Below are positions 1 through 12,631 of a DNA stretch of 64,000 bases, one piece after another. The position numbers were made by a program, and so were the translations under genes. This DNA is from Rhizodiscina lignyota (taxonomy: Eukaryota), in NCBI GenBank assembly GCA_010015805.1, contig ML978121.1, positions 2,418,001-2,482,000 of the forward strand. The letters run 5' to 3'. The first letter of the stretch is position 1. The number at the start of each line of letters is the position of its first letter. The notes beneath the pieces are model-generated. The model did not search any database and had not been told where the DNA came from. It worked only from the letters and a program-made list of their open reading frames with translations.

Positions 1-543
1 AAACGCCTCGTTGACTTCACCCCGAAGGACGAACTGCAAGAGATCGCCGCGAGGATAGCAAAGCTGGGGTGGCACGTCGTGATCTATTTCGAGGCACAGG
101 ACCTCCCCGAGCTGTGGGACTTCTTCACCAGCATCCCGACTACGGTGGTGGTGGACCACATGGGACGGCCGGATGTTAGCAGAGGTGTTGACAGCGAGGA
201 GTTTGCGCTCTTCTTGAAGTTCGTGCGTGAGCATGAGAACGTCATGACGAAGGTGACGTGTCCGGAGCGGCTGACGAAGTCTGGTCCGAGAGCACTGAAT
301 GGGGAGAAGAACGCGTATACGGACGTTGTGCCTTTTGCGCGGAAGCTGGTGGAAGAGTTTCCAGACAGGGTGCTTTGGGGTACGGATTGGCCGCATCCGA
401 ACCTGAAGAGCCATATGCCGGACGACGGGCTGCTCGTCGATTTTATTCCACATATCGCACCAACAGAAGAGCTGCAGCGGAAATTACTCGTTGATAATCC
501 GACGCGGTTATATTGGCCCGAGTTAGCTGGGAAAACATCATAA
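1..543 (+). CDS. 2-pyrone-4,6-dicarboxylate lactonase-like amidohydrolase (LigI/PmdD family), 5'-truncated by the window edge
   Basis: Frame is open from base 1 (KRLVDFTPKDELQEIAARIAKLGWHVVIYFE). Amidohydrolase_2 motifs VVDHMGRP and VLWGTDWPHP are present, with C-terminal LLVDNPTRLYW. No intron in the visible part. Confidence 0.88.
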   Translation, partial: KRLVDFTPKDELQEIAARIAKLGWHVVIYFEAQDLPELWDFFTSIPTTVVVDHMGRPDVSRGVDSEEFALFLKFVREHENVMTKVTCPERLTKSGPRALNGEKNAYTDVVPFARKLVEEFPDRVLWGTDWPHPNLKSHMPDDGLLVDFIPHIAPTEELQRKLLVDNPTRLYWPELAGKTS

Positions 544-631
544 CGCCAAAAATGCTCGAGTGTATTGAGCAGCCTGAACTGTCAAACTCAAAGTGCTTCT
601 AAAGATCGTACTGCGAGTCTTGTCATTCGCA

Positions 632-1678
632 CTAATACGCATACATGCCGCCGTCGACTGCAATGACTTTGTTGTTGACATATGCATTCTTCACCATCCA
701 GACGACCGTCTCCGCGATCTCGGCAGGTCTACCCAGTCGGCCCACAGGTATTTCTGTGAATGTCAGTTTGGGAGAATATATGAGAGCTTTGAGATGAGCA
801 TACTCTTTTCTAGCTCTTCTACTCTCCCCGGCAACATTGTCGTCTCTTGGATAAGAGCAGGCGCGATCCCATTCACTGTAATGCCTTTCTTCGCATATGC
901 CATTGCGAGCCAGTGTACCAATCCGTGCATGGCTGACTTTGAGCTCCTGAAATGCGGTCAAAACTGGATTGATCACGATATTTCGAGCATTGCGGGGTTA
1001 TTGAGAATCCATCACTTGTGTGACTTTGTAGGACATAAGAGTAGACTCACGCGTAATGCGGTCCCACCACTCCTCCTGTAAAAGCCGCGACGCTACTACA
1101 GAAGATGACTCTTCCCCATGCGTTCTTCTCCATCGCTGGGATGCAAAGCTGGGTGAGCAGATATGCCGATCCGCAATTCGCCTTCCACGTGAGCTCAAAT
1201 TGCTCCAGCGAGATTTCGCTGACGTCTTTGACGCCATGCTTGATCGTTATCCCGGCGTTGTTGAACAATATCGTGGGATCACCCAGCGACTCGACGACGT
1301 CCTTGTAGAGCTTCCGGACCTTGATTTGGAATTATAAGAGTCTGACGCTGGAATTTGCGCTGTTTGCTCATTGACACAAAGGCAACCGGAGAATGAATAT
1401 TGTGGACGTGGACAAAATGTATGGCAGGACGCTGTAAACTTCGAGATCTGGCATACCTGATCGTAGTCGCTCATGTCTGCTTGAAATGCCTTCGCCTTGA
1501 TACCTTGTGCTTCGAAATCTTTCAGCATTTCCTCCGCAATGCTCTTCGCCTGATTGTAATGGATGGCAATGGTACATCCCATCTTTGCGAGGGAATAGCA
1601 TGTTGCCTTGCCGATCCCGCCAGTGCCACCTGTTATGAGAGCGATATGCCCGGTTAGATCAGTAGTGATGATCGACAT
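632..1678 (-). CDS. Short-chain dehydrogenase/reductase (FabG/3-oxoacyl-ACP reductase-like), 4 exons
   Basis: TGGTGGIG Rossmann motif, NNAG, catalytic YASSK (spanning intron 2), C-terminal IPVGRLGRPAEIA and IAVDGG. Intron 1 is about 1456-1320 and two further GT-AG introns restore the frame. Confidence 0.88.
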
Positions 1679-2855
1679 GCTTGAGGAATTGAAAGAAAAG
1701 CCCTTCGATGCGTGTATCCAAGAGAGTATTCAATATTCAAATAATGGACATTTGTGTTTAAGTCCGAGATACTTTCTCAGATTAGAAATGGATAAGGGAC
1801 TCGGTGAAATGACCGGGGAATATCTCTAAAAGACTCCAAGACAAGACAATGATAACGTCAGCCTCGACAACTTCGAAGGGACTCCGTGAATTGTATACCT
1901 ATTGAACAACGTGAATTTTGAAAGTATGTATTTCAATCAATGGCATTGGAGAAAGTTGAATGAGTCATGGTAGCCAGTGACTCGGGGCGAAGGGGGACCC
2001 AAGGACGGGGGTTCTCCGCTTTAAATTGACCACTCTCCTTTAAAAGGGAGACAGACTCCTTTGCACTTCTCGTCAGATTTAACTCATGTGTTTCATTTTC
2101 AGAACTTTGCCGAATATTTCTCTCATCTTCCCATCCAAATGTCCCTTTAATGCTGTGCTTCCTCTATATATTTCCTCTACAACAGCACCATTACTCTAAT
2201 TGGTATTTTGCCGTCTCTTCCGATGAAGTGCATGGCTGCCCTTATTTGTCTCCATGCAAGCCACACCACGATGGGATATATTTTAGAGAGAATTTGAGGG
2301 CAGTGACTGCTCTGGCAGACTTAGACGATCTTCCTTGCAGGTGCACAGACGGAAATGCGGGACCATATCCGTTCTTGCCCGTCTCTAAGTTCGATGTCCT
2401 GCTCTCTGCTGTCCACGATTTCAGAAAACTCCTCCGGCTTGGCTCCTATCGCTTGTCAGTGTCTGCACTTTGAATATCTGATGTTTGTAAGAATGTCCCT
2501 GCTCGGTTTGATACTATTAAAGAAAAATCTCTCCTAGATCTATCTACAACTGAAGCAGCTATCTCACGGCGGCAGGTTCCAAGGAAAAATGGTGCTGCAA
2601 ACCCACGAATCGTACATGCAGCTACAACCTGTATGCATCTCAACTCGAATATCAGCCTGCCAATAAGGATCATTTCTCCGCATAATCTCAGCCGTGCGAG
2701 AGTAGGCAAGTAGCTCCAGCCGATTAGTGCGATCACCATATATTTGGCACTTCCAGATCAGCACGAGACTCAGAGCAGCATCAGTCCCGATTCTTTAGAG
2801 ACACTCCTTACTTCCATGCGCCCGTCACAATGTGAGCTGCTCCAATTTTTCCAGG

Positions 2856-3779
2856 ATGCCCTCGACAAATCCCAATTGCAATGGCTTGCACCATCTCTCT
2901 GACCTCCAGTTCGGTTGGACTGTTGTCGTTGTCGTTGGTACCATAGTCAGCAACATACCACAGCAATATCGGCTTGCACGACGGCGGTCGGCGGAGGGAG
3001 TGTCATCGTACTTTCTTTTGACGAGCGTTATGTCGGCGACATGTGGGATGGCAAATATCACGATTCTGAGTTTGGACATCTTCGCGTGCTGTAAGATGGG
3101 TCGGATTACCAAAGCGGAGTGTCTAAGCGCCGTAACGGGCGTCGTCGTGAATTGTACGCAATGGACCTGCATGGCAGCAATGTAAGCGAATCCAACAGAA
3201 CGTGCATCGGTTCCGCTGGCAGAAGTTAACATACGATAATTGCCAAGTCTCGTCATCTGGTCCGTCGTCCTGCCAATAACCAAGTGGGAATTTCCTGACA
3301 AGCCACACGACACAATGGCGCATCTCATTTGGACGAATGTTATTTGTGCCGTGCACCTTGTCTTCACATTTGGCCTCTTCGGCGTCCTGTACCGATTCTC
3401 ATACCACCGCTTGACCGGCTATGCGAATGCCAATGGTGTCATCTCCGCTATAATCGCTGCCCTCCAGTACGCGCCACAAATATGGCGGACTTGGACGCTT
3501 GAGCACATCGGCAGCATCTCGATCCCATGGCTGATTGTACAAACGCCAGGGGGACTAATCGCCATGACGGCTCTTGTCGGCCGGCCAGGCACGAACTGGA
3601 CAACGTGGCTTGGAAGTATTGGAACGTTCATTGGGCAGGTCGTATTGTTGATACTGTGCTGCTTCTACGCATGGCGAGAGCGCAGGAAACGGAAGAAGGA
3701 AGAAGAGGAGATGGGCATTAGAGATGCGTGGACGTGGAGCAATTGGCCGCGGAAACTGGTAAAGTGGATCTTCTCGTAG
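2856..3779 (+). CDS. PQ-loop family membrane transporter, 2 exons
   Basis: Two PQ motifs (SNIPQQY..., QYAPQIW...SISIP) and several hydrophobic helices. Intron about 3182-3247 (gtaagc...ccaag) joins the two ORFs. Confidence 0.85.
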
Positions 3780-4460
3780 ATAACGAGGCATGCGATGAGT
3801 TAATGAGAATGAAAGCTTGTGATATTTCTCGAGGATGATACTCCATGCCATCTTGGAGAGATGGATCGTCCAGTGCGGCCTGTCCACGATTACACGTCGA
3901 TCGGAGGGAGGAGGGTACCGAGCAAGCAGGCGAAGGATACAACTCGGAGCGAAGGATCTAATTATGATGGGAAGTCCGTTGAAGTGGATGGGATTTGACT
4001 TTGACTGAAATACATAATGCAAAGTTATCTCGAGCTTTATAAGTACCTTTTGGAGAGGCATCAAAAGTGAAACCAGTTCGGTCGCCATGATACGCTATTA
4101 ATAGATAAGCACTGCGAATAAAACGAGTTAGGGCGCTGTATGCTCGAGTAACAAAAGATAACTCCCTATTTATGATGAAGGGCTGAGGCTTGCCTTAATA
4201 AGCCCTGATGTAAGGATCCTCAAATCTCACACGAGAGGCTAGTCCACCCAATCAGGTAAGTTATGGATCCTCCAGATTAACTGTCCCAAAGATGTGGTAT
4301 CAATAGGCTTTCGATGAGGGATTTGAAGTTAGGTGCATCGTCCTGTGGGCCATGATAAATAATCCCTCTTCATCTCTTATTGCGCGAAAATCCATATCTG
4401 CTCTTGAGAAAATCAGATTTTCAGGCGCGCTGTACACATCGACAACAGAAAACTTGAACG

Positions 4461-5637
4461 ATGAAATCCATCTTCTTGTATAATAATCCTGCAAAAAGAA
4501 TTCTGGTCGCATTCAACTGACTAGCTGTAGCGTCGGTGCTTCGGGGCATATTGGTTCTGGTGTGCTGAAGTCTCTCAGAGCTTCCCATCCGCAAATCAAG
4601 ATCACAGGACTCTTTCGAAGTAAAGAAATTGGAGAAAAATATGCCGAGAGATATGGAAACCTCAGCCTCATCATCGGGTCGATGGACGACGTTTCCATTA
4701 TCGAGAAGGCCGCAAGCGAAGCTGATCTAGTGATTAGTAGGTTGCCGTGGAATTTGGGATATACTCTTTCCTGACAAGTTGTAGATACTGCACCAGACAT
4801 TGGAAACGAAGATGGTATAGCAGCGATCATCGCAGGATTGAAGAAACGCGAAGAGAAGCCCTCCTACATCCAACTTTCCGGCGCAGCGGTCGTCTGGGAC
4901 AAGCCAACTGGCATGAAGGAGGAGAGAGTATGGGATGATGTTGCAGACCTTGCAGAAATCAGAAAGATTCCCGATCAAGGCGCCCACGCAAAGGCTGACA
5001 AGGCGAGATTCACTCCTTTGCATCAATGTGGACGCCGCTGATGAGACCGTAGCTGCTCATCGGCGCATCATCGTCGATACATGTAGCATTGATCGCTCCC
5101 ACGTTCGTTTATGGGATGTCTCCGTCGATTTATCATCCCACTCCGATGGCGACATCTTGGCTAGTCAACTCAGCAAGAAGCATTGGATCCGCGTTTACCA
5201 TCGGGGAAGGGTCAAACATACAAGGATTCATCCACATTGATGACTTATCCCGGATTTATACGCTCCTGATAAATCAAGCACTTGACGGAACTTCCAGTGT
5301 AAATCCCGTTTTCTGGGGTCCAGACGCATATTACTTCATCGCTGGGGAGGAGCACAACTACGAGGAGTTCATGAAGTCGTTGGCGCCTGTATTGAAAGAG
5401 CACGGCATTGTTAAGACCGAGCAAGTGAGAAGAATGACTGTCGAAGAGGCGGTTGCCGCTTGCAGTTCTGCCAATGATGCCTTTTCGCACCTTGCCAAGT
5501 ACACCGTGGTGCTCTTTGGAGTCAATATGCGCGTAGGGTGTTCGCGAGCAAGGCTACTTGGATGGCAGCCGCAAGGGGCACCAGTAACAGCGACGTTGAA
5601 TGAAATGATAGGAGAATATGTATCTAATACAAAATAG
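4461..5637 (+). CDS. NAD(P)-binding epimerase/dehydratase-like (extended SDR) protein, 4 exons
   Basis: Spliced N-terminus MKSIFFVGASGHIG (Rossmann fold); later motifs YIQLSG, APTFVYG, IHIDDL and SRARLLGWQP. Third intron is predicted GC-AG (5003-5052). Confidence 0.82.
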
Positions 5638-6407
5638 AGGCAGGAAATTGGAATGTTCACACGTTTGATTGAGAGAGATGATAATTGGGCTTACGATGCG
5701 GAGCCACGTAGATGACAGCTGGCCTCGTAAGGAGAAGCTTTTCAAGGCAAGCAATCTTGTAAATGGTGTCTCTAAGGCCTAGTAGAAACTTAAGATAATG
5801 AACGAACTGTGATACCGACAAATCTGTGATTTTGGGAGTAAAAAGTTATTGTCGCTGGAGCTTCCTCATCCTTGAATCTTACTGCCAAGACCTGAAGCTT
5901 TGATCAATCAGGAGGGCCTTTGAGCGAGAAAAGCTCGCAGGCATTCATCGTCTTAATTCAAGAACAACGCAGAAGCAATGCAGCTTCCCCAATTCAGCTT
6001 CGATAGAAAGGCTATTAGCCTCAGTATCCCGTCTCTCGTCCTCCCTCCCCGCCCATGTCGTCAGCGTTTTGGGCTAGCCAACCACCCTGAATCCGGGGTA
6101 CGTCTCTCGATTTGCGGGGAATGACGTCGGTCAACGCACCGATGAGGTGGGCATTCGGCGGGAATCTTGGGATGGGGAAGAGAGACGGATAGTGACCCTC
6201 GACCTCTCACGCCTCTTCCTTCTTAAGCTGCCAACCGACCGCCTCGAGAGTACGTACTGTGGTATTACTCGTCTTATCCCTACCCACGTTCCCCTCTTCC
6301 GACACCTACGCGCAATCGAGTAATATAGGAGGGGAACCTTGAATTACGAAGGATTCTTGGACGTGTCCCACGAGGCATTTATATGTTTAGGAGAAGGTAA
6401 CGTGAAA

Positions 6408-7801
6408 ATGGCATCAAGGGCTGAGCGCGAGAAATTCGAGCTGCGCAGCATGGCGCATCAGTACATCCCAGAGCTCGTAGGACAAGTCTATGCCTGGCAT
6501 GGAACTCTATCTAACGGTTTTTCTAGGACGCATTCGAGCTGTATCACAGAGAACAAGATCCATCCACCGTCCTTGGGGGCCCAGCTCTACCTGCCCTTGG
6601 TCATGCAGCATCGGGAGCAGTGGGTGCAGCAATCAGCAACGCGATCATATACCCCCTAGCTCTCGTCATCACCCGCCTACAAGTCCAGAGACAGCTGCGT
6701 GCAAAATCGTCAGCTGAAGGGACAGAAGCCATCAAGGATGAGGTAGAGGCACAGTACAAGGATATTGTCGATGCGGTTCAGAAGATATACAAGAATGAGG
6801 GAGGCCTAAAAGCATTCTATGCTGGCATCGGGCAAGACGTTGCGAAGAGCGTCGCAGACTCCTTCCTCTTCTTCCTCGCGTACAACTTCTTGCGGGGCAC
6901 CCGCCAACGCACCAAGGGCACCATGAACTTGCCTATTACAGATGAGCTGGGCATTGGAATGGTTGCTGGGGCATTCGCAAAGTTCTTCACGACCCCAGTG
7001 CAGAATGTCGTCACCAGGAAGCAGACGGCTGCAATGCTCGCGAACGACCCCGACTCGAGCGTCAGCCCGCAGTTGAATACGAAGGATATCGCTTTGCAGA
7101 TTCGACATGATAAAGGCATCTTAGGATTCTGGGCTGGATACTCAGCATCTCTGGTCCTTACTCTCAATCCGGGCCTTACCTTTGTTTTACACGAAGCAAT
7201 TCTCAGAGTGTTGCCCAAGGACAAGCGATCTGGGCCTTTGGCCACCTTTGCGGCAGCTGCGGTGAGCAAGGCCATAGCTAGCGCAATCACATATCCGTTC
7301 TCGGTTGCGAAATCGCGAGCTCAGGTTTCGAGCAAGCCACCAACAGAGCGACATGTCGGTGGAGACATTTCCAAGGACGACTCCCTCTCTAGTGCAGAAG
7401 AAAAGGTGGAGCAGAAAGTTGAGCGCAACACTGTTCTAGGCAACGTCCTGAGTATCTCCAAAACAGAGGGTCCTGCGGCGTTGTACCAGGGCTTGGCAGG
7501 AGAAATTCTCAAGGGATTCTTCCAGCATGGCATAACTATGCTCACAAAGGAGCAGGTTAACGTCGTCATAGTTCAGTCTTACTATCTGTTACTGAAGGCC
7601 ATGAGGAAGTATCCGAGCCCAGAGGAGCTAGCGACCATCGCGCGAGAGCGGGCTGATAGAGCAGCGGAGGATGCCAGAATACAAGGAGAGAAGATGGTCG
7701 AGACAGGAAGAAGCGTCATCAGCGAAGCTGCAAGACTGGTCACTAATCCGACTGGAAAGGGCAGCATTCCTGCTGGCGATGTCTACGGTAAAAAATCATG
7801 A
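6408..7801 (+). CDS. ANT1: Peroxisomal adenine nucleotide transporter (mitochondrial carrier family)
   Basis: Three carrier motifs (YPLALVITRLQ, TPVQNVVTRKQ, YPFSVAKSRAQ) and the fungal Ant1-type PALGHAASGAVG. Intron 6477-6526. Confidence 0.8.
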
Positions 7802-8440
7802 GGGTCGGACCTAGGAATAGGTTGAAAATTGTCATGCCTGGAGTTTGGAGTTGAGCGTTTGGAAGCTGTACAGTGATATCGCGCGAATAGTTCCTTGCCT
7901 GTAGTTGGACTATAATGACGCTGTCCGGAAGACGTTTGAAATAATTATTCGCATGCATTTCCGTGAAAGTGAGTGGGGAAACGCGCAAAGACGCGACGAC
8001 GCGCCAATTTGGCCGGCTAGCGCATGTGGGCAGGCATGTGGCCTCCTTAAGTGACTTGTGACCCCTGCAGCGGACGTCAACCAAGACGCCCGTAAACAAC
8101 CCACCCAGCAACACGCAACCCGACAACAACGACCACGACCACGTCGACGACCCGCACGACCCGACGAGAGGAACGAAAGGTATTGGGAAACAAGAGGAGG
8201 ATGATCATTAAAGAGATGCAGCATGCACACGATCTCTAAGAGCGCGATCAAAGTCCAGCAGGTTGGTGAAACAAGATTTATTGGCACCCTCCACACCGCA
8301 ACAACGACCACAACGGCTTTGTAACGAGGCAACGACTTTCGCACGGCTTTCGCACGACATAAAAGACGACGTTAAAGTAAATAATATTCGCGAAAGAGCT
8401 CCGGACCTCCGACTTCATCACACCACAACACTGGAGCACC

Positions 8441-10576
8441 ATGGGGCTAGATAGCATATCCTCTTCTCCGGCGCCTTTGGCCGCCGGCGCAACGCTGCAA
8501 GAGGAGCTGGCGTATTACAAGGAACAATATGAGCAGCTTGAGATCGAGTTGCAAGAGTTTCAAGCGTCATCGAAGGATCTGGAGGCAGAGTTGGAGAAGG
8601 ACATCGAGGCTTCAGAGAAGCGCGAGCGCAGTCTGAAAGAGAAGGTAGAAGGGCTCGGATTTGAGGTGGATGAGTGGAAGGTCAGTCTATTTTGCTTTGT
8701 AGCACTATATGCGCTATAAACAACTCTAAAACTGGTTGCGCCGTTACTGATGTCAATGTGTTTGCAGACAAAGTACAAGCAATCAAAAACCGAAGCTGCA
8801 TCCGCCCAATCCATCTTGCAGAAAGAGATAACGACACTTCGAGATACCAACCGCACTCTGAATCTACGCTTGCGCGACATTGAAGTGGCCAACGACGACT
8901 TTGAGCGCCAGGCACGGAATACAACATCCTCTCTTGAGGATCTCGAGTCGAAATACAATGTTGCCATAGAGCGCGGAGTGATGCTCGAAGAAGAGATAAA
9001 AGTAGGCGAGCAAGAAAGAGAAGGGTTGCGCATTGAAAACCAAAGGATAAGAGATGAATTGAGCGACCTGAAGATTGAAGCCGAAATCGTGCAAGAAAAA
9101 CTGAGATTCGCGGAGGAAGAAGTCAAGAGAATGCACGATCAGCGAATTGCATCAATAACCTCAGCCAGACCAACGAGTTCTGACGGAGAGGTAGTACGTC
9201 CGAGAACTTCTGGGTCGGATGCAAGTACCGAGGCGACGACCCTCTCATCGCCAACAACGTCGACGCCGCCTCTGCAAAAGATTGAGGCCAGTCCCATCAC
9301 AGGCACACCACCATCCCCACCGCTTTCGGATTCAGCACCTGCAAAGGCGGCACTGAATCCAGCACCGTTCACGCCACTTCCGGGCAAGAAAAGGACAGCC
9401 CCAATACCGAAATCTATGCCTCGATCCGCAACGACGACTACTACTATGCCATCAAACAGTGGTTCAACTGTTCGCCCCCACCCGAGACACACACGTGGCC
9501 CATCTGTCCCTATAGCCATGACTAGTACACCTTCATCACGACGACCGACTGGTGTGCCGCCGTCATTGCACAAGGCTAGACCAAGTATCTCAGCTCTACC
9601 CACACCTTCAAGACCTTCAATGGGGCCAGCTCCTGCACCGGCGGATTCATTACCTAGGTCAGGATCTATCTATCAACTTCGTGGCCTCATCACGAAAATG
9701 TCGAAACTCGAAGCTCGAGTGCACAATGCTCGCTCAAAGCTTCCCGCACCCACCACAACTCCTCCGCGAGCCAGTCCAAGACAAGCATCTGGCGCGTACA
9801 GTCACATTGCTACTCCATCTGTGAGCAGCGCAGGTGGAATCCCGGGCAGCGTCACCGTACGAAGGAACGGTCGTGATCGGCGTAGTCGAGTATCGAACTC
9901 TACGACTCAAAGTACAGACTACAGCAGCAGCCGTCCTGTCTCACGGCTGTCATTTGGCATCACATCTGCCGCGCAACAGGAGCGCGAGAAAGACGCACCA
10001 GTTGCTCGTCCTACCTCCGCACTGTCGACTGGTCGACCGCCGTCAGCGACAGGTCACAGACCACCTAGCGCAACTGGCCATCGACCAAGCAGTGTAACAA
10101 GCCATTACAGCCAACCTAACCCAGGAGCTCAGTTTGCGAGACCAAGCAGCAGGAGCAGCACACGCACCCCTCTCGGCAACTATGCTCCCGGCGACAACAG
10201 GAGACCTCCCAGCCGCACAGGCGCAAGAGGAAGTATATCAGGTACGTTCAGCTCCTCCGTCAACGGCGGCGGTTACCCATATGGGCATGGTCACAGCCAC
10301 TCCATGAGTGTGAGCGATGATACTCTCACGACACCTAGGCGCTCGACGTTTGGGAAGAGTGTGGACGCCTCCGCTGGAGGACTGAGCAGCATTCCTACAC
10401 CCCTCGCGCTTCCAAGAAGGAAGAGTGGCGGTGCAGGGCAAACCCTAGGACCTGGAGATGGCAGGAGACAAAGCCTTGGTGGAGAGCCAAGCAGTGCCGG
10501 GGGCAGCTTCGGCAGTGATGGTGGCATGGGTCCGCCTGGGATGAAGACCTTGGATGAGGTGGGCGAGACGTATTGA
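8441..10576 (+). CDS. nudE: Nuclear distribution protein NudE/Ro-11 (dynein-LIS1 regulator)
   Basis: N-terminal coiled coil [21 protein letters not shown]...[21 protein letters not shown] region ([15 protein letters not shown]) and S/P/T-rich tail. Intron 8681-8767. Confidence 0.93.
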
Positions 10577-10943
10577 ATTTCGGCATTTTGCATCTTGGGA
10601 TCTGCGTTACAGCTAAATCGTTCTTACACTGCGTTGCATCGCGATTCGGAGTGTCAAACTTGGTAGCTGGGACTTGGCAGTCAAGGGAGCACAGCTTCGG
10701 TTTCTTGGCCTGTAAGCATTGCACGTGACGACATGAGATGGACGCGACGCCTTAAATTTATACCTATACATAACTGTTTCTCGTTTGATTGATAAAGAGT
10801 TAACTCTCACACTTTTCTTGCCTGTCATAACCTTGTGAGAAGTTACCCGACTCTAAGAGTACTTCTGAAAGAGCTTGGACACGTATGCTAGCAAAACGCT
10901 GCGATCGATAAATTACTATACCCGATCCACATTATCTTTAGCG

Positions 10944-12631
10944 ATGAAAATTTGTCTAAAATTCCTGCTTTTCGTTTTCTCCATCTATACCTGTGTCGCT
11001 ATCTCTCAAGCAGCATCGGATGCCGACGAAGACAATGTTGGTTCGGAAACTCCATCCTGCTCGCCTGATATCTTGACGGCCATAATAAGCGACAGCTGCG
11101 TTCGCATACGCGCTCCTCTCTCCTCTTCTCATTTCTGACAGATATACAGTGTTGTGCACTATCACACCTGCTCCCCTCGAGCATCTCATTCAAAGACTCC
11201 ACAGAGTATGCCGCATCAAGCTCGGACTTTTACTTTGCACAAAACCAGCGTTTCCGACCAGCATGTATCATCCAGCCCAGAGACACACTCGAAACGGCGC
11301 TAGCATTAAAGATCCTCACGTCTCCTGGAAAGGAAGATCACGCTGGCTGTACCTTCGCAATCAAAAGCGGAGGACATGCCCCCACAGGCTTTTCCAATAT
11401 TGAAGACGGCGTTTTGCTCGACCTGTCTCGCATCGACTCTGTGACTCTTTCAGAAGATGAGAAGAAGAAAGAGACCGTTCACGTTGGTGGCGGGGCGACA
11501 TGGAACCAAGTCTACTCTTTGCTCTCTCCTTTGAATCGTACTGTTGCTGGTGGTCGAGTCGGCGACGTAGGCGTGGGAGGCCTGACGACCGGCGGCGGAA
11601 TCTCATTCCACTCCCCAGACTACGGGTTCGTTAGCGATGGCGTCGTGGAATTTGAGGTCGTACTCGCGCAAGGGAGAATCGTGCGTGCTAACAGCAAGGA
11701 TCACACCGAGCTCTTTGCCGTGCTGAAAGGTGGTCAGAACGTTATTGGCATCGTTACGGAATTCACGTTCACCACGAGGGCGATTGGTTATGTGTATGGT
11801 GGAGGGATTCTTGCCCCGTTGACGCCGTCGACGAAGGAGGCGAATGTCAAGGCTCTTGTGGACATGTCTACAGTGTACCAACCTGGCTCCTCAATCGCCA
11901 CAATATTCCTCTATTCTACGGCGGAAGGCATGATGGTGTACAACAACCTCTTCTACCCGTTGCCCGAGGATAGTAGGTTCAAGGAATACCGAGAGATTGA
12001 GCCAGAGACGCAGATCATCAACACAATGCGCGTTACCAAACTCTCGAATCTTGTCCACGAAGCGGCCGGACCTCCAGTGGAAAGACAGCCGAGACGCAGT
12101 CATTACACGGGGACATTTCTTGCTGACCATGGCACTGTTCTCGAGATGGTGGAAGTATACGAACGCTTCGTGTCTTCCGTACAGGACGTTGCGGGCTTGG
12201 CCACCGCTTTGATCTTCGAACCTTTGCCGACCTCCATGCTGTCCTGGTCAGCGCATGCCGGACCGTCGATTATGGGCTGGGATAAAGAGCCGCATGAGAA
12301 CCTGATATGCTTTGCTATCACGTGGGCATGGACGGACGAGGGCGATGATGAGAGGGTGCAGACCTTGGAGCAAGAGCTGTTCCAAGAAATTGACGGTGTT
12401 AGCAAGAAGTACAGGACGTGGAGGAAGTTTGTGTACTTGAATTACGCCAATAGAAAGCAGGATGTCTTTGCGGGTTACGGTGGGGACGCGAAAGAGACTT
12501 TGAGGAAAGTGAGCCAGTTGTATGACGGAGAAGGTCAGTTTTGGAAAAGACGAAAAGGAGGATTTAGCTTTCCAGTAGAGACTGTGAAGCGTGGCCACGA
12601 AGATAAGAAAATTGAGCATGAAGAGCTGTAG
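10944..12631 (+). CDS. Secretory-pathway FAD-linked oxidoreductase (VAO/berberine-bridge-like) with C-terminal HEEL
   Basis: Signal peptide MKICLKFLLFVFSIYTCVA; intron about 11100-11149; FAIKSGGH (covalent-FAD His), VAGGRVGDVGVGGL, LKGGQ and YLNYA motifs. Confidence 0.88.
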
